NCBI GenBank assembly: GCA_950097015.1
Contig: CATNEN010000002.1
Span: 1,426,001 to 1,490,000 of the forward strand
DNA length: 64,000 bases
Reading direction: 5' to 3'
Source of the DNA: Macrostomum hystrix
Lineage: Eukaryota > Animalia > Platyhelminthes
A program made the translations under genes and the position numbers. The notes below the pieces were generated by a model, which was given only the letters and a program-made list of their open reading frames with translations, was not told the DNA's origin and made no database searches. This document shows, one piece after another, positions 36,270 through 46,001 of this stretch (the stretch's first letter is position 1; the number at the start of each line of letters is the position of its first letter).

Positions 36270-36876
36270 TTTTAGTCCAACTGTACTCTAAACAGTAGCA
36301 AGCTAGCGAAACGGAACCAACAAAATCTATGAGAGTCGAAGGAAAATATAGAATCTTCTGCTTTTAAATACTTTAAAAAACTATCATCTCTTTATTAGTA
36401 TCTGCGACGTATGCCGCACGAGGCAAAACAACCCCCAAAAGCCTTTATTGTTGGTGAGAAGAAATTTTCCTTAGAGAAGGCTTGCTTCGCAGTAAACTCG
36501 AGAGATGGTTGAGTCACGAATTTGAGTCGGTCACGTGTCTCCATGCGCCCGTCCCCATCCAGCTTCTTATTCATTCAGATAGGTATTGTCTTCTACGCTA
36601 ACAAGCGCGGTAGAAAAATTAAATGTTCAAATAGCCAACCTTAGTTAGTTTGCAGCTAAGCAATTTACCAACAATGATACTCGGGTCAATATACAACAAT
36701 GAAATCTAAGAGAATTTTATTGTTGGTTTATTCCACAGCACTTAATTATCATTTGAAATGCAAGACTGTATGGAATATGCATCTGGATGCTCAACATTGC
36801 ACAATACTAGAACTAAAATAATGAAAGAGCAAAGAAGGATAATTGCAGATGGCCCATGCATTTATAGCGTAGGCTA

Positions 36877-37310
36877 CTTAGTCTGATCTACTTAGTCTAC
36901 TCAGTCTGATCTACTTAGTCTACTCAGTCTGATCTACTTAGTCTACTCAATCTTATCTACTTTGTCTACTCAGTCTGATCTACTTAGTCTACTCAATCTT
37001 ATCTACTTTGTCTACTCAGTCTGATCTACTTAGTCCACTCAGTCTGATATACTTAGTCTACTTAGTCTACTCAGTCTGATCTACTTAGTCTACTCAGTCT
37101 GATCTACTTAGTCTACTCAGTCTGATCTACTTAGTCTACTCAGTCTGATCTACTTAGTCTACTCAGTCTGATCTACTTAGTCTACTCAGTCTGATCTACT
37201 TAGTCTACTCAGTCTGATCTACTTAGTCTACTTTGTCTGATCTGCTTGGTCTACTTAGTCAACTTAGTCTGATCTACTCCGTTTACACAGTCTGATCTAC
37301 TTAGTCTACT
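36877..37310. repeat. 23-bp minisatellite, same family and orientation as 35030-35745
   Basis: GTCTACTCAGTCTGATCTACTTA units. Confidence 0.92.
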
Positions 37311-38488
37311 ATGCGGTGGTGCCTGAGCATCGTGAACCGCTCCACCGGTTGCAACGCTTTGGAGACGGCTGTTTCTGCTCAGAAATATAGCTTAGCCAGC
37401 TGGCTGCTGCTGGATACGCCCTGTTACCAGACTGAGACTAAAACTCTGACTGGCACCCAACTGATGCAGGTTGAGCTTGACGACTATTGTCTATGGCGCG
37501 GATCGAGAGTTGGAAAGCATCCGCTCAACACCCTGTCGCTTGACCTGTTCTCAAGCGACAGACTCACGGACTCGATGCGCGCGTTCTGGGACTCGCAGCT
37601 GGTGTCGTTGGTCAACGCGGCTGCTGCAGAGGCGCCATCGTGTGTTCCTCTTCAAAGCCTGCCTTGCTAGCGTTGTCAAGGTGCTGATCATGGTGGCAGC
37701 CGACGCAGATTTCTATGTCGATTTTAATGTGAAATTGTTTAGAAATCAAAGTGACAAATGTGGCGGATATGCAATGCAATGCCAGCTTCAAGGCATGCTA
37801 GACAGCCGAGTCGGTCGCTTCTTTAATTGGTTGGCTCTTGTAGCCTACCTGGTAGAGTGCGTGACCGTGATTGCCTTTTTTTCACGCCTACATGTCCGAG
37901 ACAAAAACACAAGGTGAGCTATGCTAAGGTCAAGCTCTAATTCATAAGGTTGAATTTCTAAGAATCACACTTGTTCTTCTCGTAATGAAGTCGATAATTT
38001 TTCATAATTCAATGGTATATCCTTTCCGGTGGCACTAATTAGACACTTCAGGTCCAGAGCTATCATTATATTGCCGCACGCAAATGATGGCGACATGTCT
38101 AAGCATGTTTCTCAAACAGAAACTAGTCGACTCGGCTAAGCCGGATAAGTTTTTTACCGTCTACCAGTCGGAATTTCGACTCCTGGATTTACTGATCTGT
38201 TTGATATTTATAATGTGCGGAACGGGTTTCCTGTTCGATTTGTTGATGCTAACCGATCCGCTAATGGTGGTCTGGTGCTCTTTGGGCAGTGTGCTGTCGT
38301 TCGCTCTAACTGTGACAATCATTGCTCTGCCTTGCTCCTGGCTCCTGGCACTCTTAGTGCCCTGCGACTCAATATTTTCTGATCAGATGGGGCCTCTAAG
38401 CCTCATGCTGAGCTTCTATCGCGTAATCAATACTTTGTCATTCTCCGACGCATCAGTGCAACGTCTCGGCATAGTGTTGCTAGTATAG
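37311..38488 (+). pseudogene. Ankyrin-like plus multipass membrane (TRP-channel-like) fragment, frame-disrupted
   Basis: Ankyrin-like TGCNALETAVSAQKYSLASWLL; frameshift near 37615; hydrophobic helices; S4-S5-linker-like FSDQMGPLSLML; one GT-AG intron about 37915-38050 whose phases do not join. Confidence 0.4.
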
Positions 38489-39117
38489 CATAGCATAGTA
38501 TAGCATGTTCTAAGCTTAGAAGATGCACAATATTCTATCAAAAATAGTTCCAAAATGAAGTCACAACCAGCTAAGATTTTGGAGGTTATGCATGTAGCAA
38601 TATAAGTAAAAAGGCAATCAACTAAATGTAAAACAACAAAACTTACATTTTAAAGCTTCAAACTTTTCACTTTTCCTTTGTTATTTGAAAATGAGTCAGG
38701 CCTATGCCACAATTTCAATCACGATTTATAACGATTTTTCTGTTCTTGGGCACAGGAGAGACCAATCCCTAGCCTGAATAAAGTGTAATCTGTGCAGCTT
38801 ATGTGATGTTTACATAAAATATATCAAGGCTTGATTTGGGTTCTTGTTTAAATGATCTTAGCCCCTCTATAAAGTGTCTTTCAATTAAAAACTACTCATA
38901 AATTATGTGAGAAGGTTAGCCCAGCTTTGGTTAGTTCAGAACTACAATTTGAAGGTCGGGGATTTGATTAGCCCTTTAGCTTGATAATGGGGGTTAAGAG
39001 TCAGAGCAGTCTGATTCATAATTGGGTACGCCTCCCTCACCAAGGTCCGTGAGCTCAACTTAGCAGTGAGGCGACTTTGATTTGGTGTGCAGTGCAATTA
39101 TAGTATAATTTTCGCCT

Positions 39118-39296
39118 TTGAGGGCCAACCTCCAAAGTACAGTGAGAGTGTACATTGCCTGATGATAATAAAGTCAGGGCAAATGTACACCTGCGTACAG
39201 TATCTGTGTGCGTGTGTGCTGAGGACTGCGAAATGTCTCCCCGCTGGCTGCGGGTCCAGTGTCACCAAATGATTCGCCATTGCCCGCAGTCCTGCA
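39118..39296 (-). repeat. Dispersed repeat family X, copy 4
   Basis: Reverse-complement homology to 13099-13301. Confidence 0.8.
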
Positions 39297-39412
39297 ATTA
39301 TTATTATTAGTATGATATAAAAAAACTGTGCATTGCTTCAGTTCACCCAGCTGTTAAATGAGTAGCAGTTTTATCATTTCTATTGCGACTTTTTGTTGCA
39401 GCTAAACTTGCA

Positions 39413-39733
39413 ATGTCCTCTAGTATCGGCAGCAGCGGTGGCATCGGTGGCATTCTCCGCGATCCTCAGATGCAGCGCCAGCTGATGGCTATGAAGCAGC
39501 AGCAGGAGTTCCAGGCCAATGTGGCTAAATTCACAGAGCACTGCTGGGATCGCTGTGACGTGAAGGCCACGGCCAAGATGGAGGCCAAGACAAGCCGCTG
39601 CATCGCCAACTGCGTCGAGCGCTACCTGGATGCCAGCAGTCGGCTGTCTGCCGACCTGCCCAATGTTCTGTCGCGACTAACTAGCGAAGCTGAACAATCG
39701 AAAAGCTCTTCCACTAAAACTATTTGGGGATGA
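39413..39733 (+). CDS. TIMM8: Mitochondrial small Tim chaperone Tim8, intronless CDS
   Basis: Twin CX3C motifs CWDRC and CIANC followed by VERYLD; Q..F...V..FTE.CW pattern typical of Tim8. Confidence 0.88.
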   Translation: MSSSIGSSGGIGGILRDPQMQRQLMAMKQQQEFQANVAKFTEHCWDRCDVKATAKMEAKTSRCIANCVERYLDASSRLSADLPNVLSRLTSEAEQSKSSSTKTIWG

Positions 39734-40378
39734 GACTATTGTTTAACAGTTTGCTCAATTCTAGTGTTTCGCATCAACAAATTTTGCATTGTGCTAAACT
39801 GAAAGAGCCTTAAATAAAATTTCGATCATGAAAATTAAAAATCATTCATATGCGTTTATTAGTATTTGAGCTGTTCCTCATAGCATGCTCTTGTAAATTA
39901 ATGCATTTTCTTAACGATTAAATGTTTGTTTTTTAATGGGTCAGGACTCACCTCTAGAGGTCAGGAGTTCGATTCCCGACTCCACTGTCATAATTTGTGT
40001 CCATTTAACTCTGTTTACCTGACAGTTAATTGAGTACCAGCATTAGCTGGGGTAATTAAGTGTGGGTGTCGCATAGCCCAACCATATCAGGTGTAATCTG
40101 CCCTTTAAATATTTGAGTTATATTAGAGTTTAAGACCGTTTTTATTAGTAGCTCGTATTCCATATAAAATAATTGGTGTCCTTGTCCTTGATCTGGCCCA
40201 GATCTGATCTGGATCTATTCACCCTTAGTTCATAAAGAATTAAGAAATGGCTATTAAAACGATGTTTAACTATAATCAGATGCTTTCAAGTAGTTCAAAA
40301 ATCCTAAATACTCGTCTATTTAGTTTGCATTTTAAGCACTCTCAACCAACATTTGCTGGCGTGCTAGCAGAGCTAGTT

Positions 40379-43300
40379 CTAGGAGAACTCCTGGCACTTA
40401 ATCATCACCTTGATTGCGTTGTCAGCGGCCGTTCTCGAAGTCTCAAACGCTGCTTCGCTGCGGCTAAGAGGATACCTGCGACAGAATTAATAAATTGAAA
40501 TGAAATAAGAGTAATTAATATAATCCAGCTGTTTACATTCAGTGATATCCAAGCGGTCTGTGTCCTAGGACTCGTGTAGGTGGGGGGTCACAGACACGTC
40601 AACTTTAAACCCAGACAATGCTGGTACCCCATCAGGGAGTGCGTTAACGCGTTCGTCTCTCGCGCCGTGGTCTATGAGCCAACCGCCAAGGCACAATGAG
40701 AGCGTACACTGCCTGACGATGAAAAATTCATGACACACCTGGTGTGAGTGTCTGCCTGTGTACAGTCAAAGGGCCAGGTGTGCAGCCGCAGCTATTGCGC
40801 GGCGCATCTGAAAGCTGCGTATGGCTGTTCAGTCCATGGACTGTGCATGGTGACGCGACACTCACCCTCAGTTACCCCAGCTAATACTGGAACTCTTGAA
40901 ATTTTAGGAGATTACAGAAAAATGAAAAGTGTGGGTTGTTGAAACACTTGCAATGGTCTTTCTGCTGTTAACTTTAATTAGTTCAAATATTATCGTCCTC
41001 ACCGATGCGTGACAAGCCGTTTGACGTCAACAGCGCCGCTAGCAACTAGCGACAGCGCGTCAGCGTAGCAGTTTGCGTAGCGAAACACGCCCCGAATGTC
41101 CACCTCGCGAGCGATGGCCGTCTGCGATAGCGGCAGCGGCATCTCGCGGATACGGCCGCGGCCGACCGTCACCAGACAGCCGCCCGGCCGGCATGACAGC
41201 AGAGCCAGGCGAATGGCCTCCACTGAACCTGTGCACTCGATGGCCGCGTCCGGTTGATGGCCACCGAATAGCTGCGTAACCATGGCAACCTGAGCTTCTG
41301 CAGCTGTATTTGAAGGATCTGGGTTCTTAAGCTGGTTTGAAAATTATAAAAAATAGCATGTATAGCATATTGGCTAAATTGCTGCTGGGGCGGAATTAGT
41401 TCTTTGCTGCTGAGGGGATTAGTTCTCTCCTGCTGGGGGGATTAGTTCTTTGCTGCTGAGGGGATTAGTTCTCTGCTGCTGAGGGGATTAGTTCTTTGCT
41501 GCTGAGGGGATTAGTTCTCTCCTGCTGGGGGGGATTAGTTCTCTGCTGCTGGGGGGATTAGTTCTCTCCTGCTGGGGGGGATTAGTTCTCTGCTGCTGGG
41601 GGAATTAGTTCTCTGCTGCTGAGGGGATTAGTTCTTTGCTGCTGAGGGGATTAGTTCTCTGCTGCTGAGGGGATTAGTTCTCTGCTGCTGGGGGAATTAG
41701 TTCTCTGCTGCTGAGGGGATTAGTTCTTTGCTGCTGAGGGGATTAGTTCTCTGCTGCTGGGGGAATTAGTTCTCTGCTGCTGGGGGGGAATTAGTTCTTT
41801 GCTGCTGGGGGAATTAGTTCTCTGCTGCTGGGGCGGAATTAGTTCTTTGCTGCTGGGGCGGAATTAGTTCTCTGCTGCTGGGGCGGAATTAGTTCTTTGC
41901 TGCTGGGGGAATTAGTTCTCTGCTGCTGGGGGGGGGATTAGTTCTCTGCTGCTGGGGGGGGATTAGTTCTCTGCTGCTGGGGGAGGAATTAGTTCTTTGC
42001 TGCTGAGGGGGATTAGTTCTCTGCTGCTGGGGGGGAATTAGTTCTCTCCTGCTGGGGGGAATTAGTTCTCTGCTGCTGGGGGGGATTTAGTTCTCTGCTG
42101 CTGAGGGGGGAATTAGTTCTCTGCTGCTGAGGGGGGAATTAGTTCTCTCCTGCTGAGGGGGGAATTAGTTCTCTCCTGCTGAGGGGGGAATTAGTTCTCT
42201 GCTGCTGGGGGGGAATTAGTTCTCTCCTGCTGGGGGGAATTAGTTCTCTGCTGCTGGGGGGGATTTAGTTCTCTGCTGCTGAGGGGGGAATTAGTTCTCT
42301 GCTGCTGGGGGGGAATTAGTTCTCTGCTGCTGAGGGGGGAATTAGTTCTCTGCTGCTGGGGGGGATTTAGTTCTCTGCTGCTGAGGGGGGAATTAGTTCT
42401 CTGCTGCTGAGGGGGGAATTAGTTCTCTCCTGCTGAGGGGGGAATTAGTTCTCTCCTGCTGAGGGGGGAATTAGTTCTCTGCTGCTGGGGGGAATTAGTT
42501 CTCTGCTGCTGAGGGGGGAATTAGTTCTCTCCTGCTGAGGGGGGAATTAGTTCTCTGCTGCTGGGGGGGAATTAGTTCTCTCCTGCTGGGGGGAATTAGT
42601 TCTCTGCTGCTGGGGGGGATTTAGTTCTCTGCTGCTGGGGGGGATTTAGTTCTCTGCTGCTGAGGGGGGAATTAGTTCTCTGCTGCTGAGGGGGGAATTA
42701 GTTCTCTGCTGCTGGGGGGAATTAGGCGGGAATTAGTTCTCTCCTGCTGAGGGGGGAATTAGTTCTCTGCTGAGGGAGGAATTAGTTCTCTGCTGTTGAG
42801 GGGGGAATTAGTTCTCTGCTGCTGGGGGGAAATTAGTTCTCTGCTGCTTGGGGGACATTGGTTATTTGCTACTGAGGGGACATTAGTTCTCTGCTCCTTG
42901 GGGGACATTGGTTATTTACTGCCGGGTGGACATCCTGGTTTTTTACTGCTGAGGGGATAGTATTCACATGTACCTAAGTAGCATTAAGCTGAGTTGTATC
43001 AAACGCAAGCAACTTGTGTAATTTTGCCCCAATGGGGCTCTTGGTGTACAGACCGGATGTCTCAGAATGTATTCCAGCTCAGACTGACTATTTTTGTATT
43101 TAGTGAGAATTCTAATTCTCGTTGAATCGCAATCACGTATATTCGCAATCAGGGAAATTATTACTGACGAAATTAGTTTTCGTTTTTGTTTGCTTTCAGG
43201 TGTGTTTTGTCCTTCTGCATTACACAATATTTTTTGTCTAAACAGTAGTGCTCCCCGAAGGGGGGCAAAACTTGCTAGTATTGGCTAAATGTCAGAGGAC

Positions 43301-45528
43301 TGAACAGCTGTACATGGTTGCGAATATAATTTCTAAGTATTATTATTTATTTATACGTAGAAGACGTAGAGAAAATATTCACTTTACTTATTAACAATGC
43401 TACTGACATTAGTATCCGTCGTGTTTTGTAATATCGTAATAATATTGCTCGCCGATCGTTTTAACAAATTCGCTGTTTCTTTTAACTCGTCAAATTTTCG
43501 TTTTCTATTTTCGCACCAATTTAAACCGGCTTGATCGTATAATTAAAATAAATATATATTAACCAAATACGCTGCTCATTATCCGCCGCACAAAAGGTTT
43601 CTGGCCTGAACTAAATCTACTATTACTACTACTAAATACACAATCCTGTACAAAATATCAGATTATTAGTACTTTTCTTAATAACAAAAGTAACGCAAGG
43701 CCGTCCGTTCTTATCACTTGCGCTGTTGGGTGACCTAGAGTACCAGCAAATTACGAGTACGATAAGCACGCGTATAAGCAGAAAAGACACCCAGTGCTTG
43801 CGACTTCAAAAAATTACATACTAACAAAGTAGTTAGACATTTCTTGTTAACCCTTCCTTATACTGGACCTCATATCTCATAACGAAAAAAGCACAACTGA
43901 CTCCACTGTGTGTTTGTGACAAATTACTGGGCTTGCATGTAACTTCTAAAGATTAACAAAGGTTTTTATAATGTATTATATTGCATTGCTTTGGCTAAAC
44001 TATTTTATCAAGAACCTTGAAAATGTGCACCGGCGTATAAACTTACATGCTAGTCTTAGAGGGGGGCATGGGGTGCCGGGTCCCCCCTAATCGGCTGACG
44101 AAAATATGTGGCGCCCCATAGTACGAGTAGTGGCGTCCCATAGTACGAGCAGTGGCGTCCCATAGTACGAGTAAGGGCACCCCATAGTACGAGTAGTGAC
44201 GCCTCCTTGGTAGTGACGGCCCAGTGGTAGTGACGCCCCCGTGGTAGTGACGCCCCCGTGGTAGTGGCGCCCCCGTGGTAGTGACGCCCCCGTGGTAGTG
44301 ACGCCTCCGTGGTAGTGACGCCCCCGTGGTAGCGGCGCCCCCGTGGTAGTGACGCCCCCGTGGTAGTGACGCCCCCGTGGTAGTGGCGCCCCAGTGGTAG
44401 TGACGCCCCCGTGGTAGTGGCGCCCCCGTGGTAGTGACGCCCCCGTGGTAGTGACGCCCCCGTGGTAGTGGCGCCCCAGTGGTAGTGACGCCCCCGTGGT
44501 AGTGGCGCCCCCGTGGTAGTGACGCCCCCGTGGTACGGGCGCCACATACTTCGAGTAGTGGTATAGTACTAGTGTGATCAGTAAAATCTAACCACCAGTG
44601 GTTCTTGGTGGTAGTGGTGCTCCGGTGGTTGTGCCCCAAGCAGTGGCGCCCCCACAAAAGACTAAAATCCTGGCTACGCCACTGATGCGAATAATACAAC
44701 TGTCTGTGCTCATGACTCGCTTAAGCAAATGCCCCGACCCCAGACAAGACCCCTTACTCTCGGATTCCGTCACCAGAAGCGTGGCGTCAGCGCCCATCTC
44801 CTTGGCAACGGCCAGTCGGTGCGGGTTGATGTCGGTCAAGACGACAGCATCGGCGCCCATGGCCCTGGCCGTCAGCAGGTTGACGAGGCCGATTGGCCCG
44901 GCGCCGCAGACCAGCACTCGGCTGCCGAGGGTCACGCCGCCTCTCCGACAGGCGTGAACTCCCACGCTGAGCGGCTCGAGCAGGGCGCCCTCCTCCAGAG
45001 AGACGTGCTCCGGGAGGCGAAAGCAAAAGTCCGCGTCGTGCACGTGCCACCCGCTCAGGCTGCCATCGACTGGCGGGGTGGCCAGGAACTTCACGTCCGG
45101 GCACAGGTTGTAGCGGCCTGACCGGCAGTGCTGGCAGAAGCGGCAAGGAACTCCCGGCTCAATGGCCACTCGATCGCCCGGCTGGAGGCTCGTCACCTCG
45201 TCGCCGACCGCGGCAACCACGCCGGCCGACTCGTGACCGAGCACCATGGGCTGACGGACCACGAAGTTGCCGATTGCTCCGTGAGTCCAATAGTGCACGT
45301 CCGAGCCGCAGATGCCCACTGAGTCCATTCGGAGCAGGACTTGGCGCGGCCCGGGCACCGGGATCGGCCTCTCCTCCTGCGTAAACAATGATGGCACATG
45401 GACCATTGTGCGTCACAAGGAATCAAGTCGGTAGTAAATAACGTAAGAGAGCTGTACTGAGAATGCTTCCTTACCAGCACAATTTCATTGGCTCGTCGGA
45501 GTACAACGGCGATATTCTTCTCTGACAT
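40379..45528 (-). CDS. SORD: Sorbitol dehydrogenase paralog A, 4 exons
   Basis: Exons 45528-45475, 45376-44758, 41318-41003, 40475-40379, phase-consistent. Motifs [11 protein letters not shown], four-Cys [48 protein letters not shown]. Confidence 0.92.
40670..40775 (-). repeat. Dispersed repeat family X, diverged copy 5 (SORD-A intron 3)
   Basis: Reverse complement CAGGTGTGTCATGAATTTTTCATCGTCAGGCAGTGTACGCTCTCATTGTGCCTTGGCGGTTGG. Confidence 0.6.
41380..43278 (+). mobile_element. Helitron-like element carrying an expanded ~24-26 bp minisatellite (GGGGGGAATTAGTTCTCTGCTGCTG)n, about 41380-42900
   Basis: Ends in a GC hairpin (43250-43266), 8-nt spacer, CTAG then T; homology with 34865-35025 stops at the CTAG. 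Confidence 0.7.
44028..44684 (-). mobile_element. hAT-like MITE containing a 17-bp minisatellite (GTAGTGACGCCCCCGTG)n
   Basis: Right end ...AAATCCTGGCTACGCCACTG (reverse CAGTGGCGTAGCCAGG); imperfect left end CACCGGCGTA; no clear TSD. Confidence 0.55.
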
Positions 45529-46001
45529 CTGAAATTTTTTATACTTATGTTCAATTTGAAATTTAAAAAGACTAACAGAAAACTGGAGTAGGCTTAATTC
45601 TATTGCGCTTAAACCTCATCACCTCATCAATAAAATAATAGACAAAAAAATTTTATATTTAAAATTTTTATCTACGAATTTGTTGCTTGATTTAATAGTT
45701 GATTTTTTTTATTTCTTAGCAACATTTATTGAACTCACGCATTTACGAGTATTGTTGAGCCAAACATTTTGAAAATGTGCCCATGAAGAAAGTTACATTT
45801 TATGTAATTAAGATAAAAATTATGAAAAGTAAATAAAACCAAGACCATGATTTTAGTTTTAGGATTACTAAGCACAAGCCTAGTAAGAATAAACATCTTA
45901 TTTAATGGCATTATTTTCGTGTCTACTCAAAGTGTGATCCATTTATAAGTTCTCATAGCCGTGTAGCGGTAGTGTCTTGTCCATGGCCAGCTGTGGCTAA
46001 A

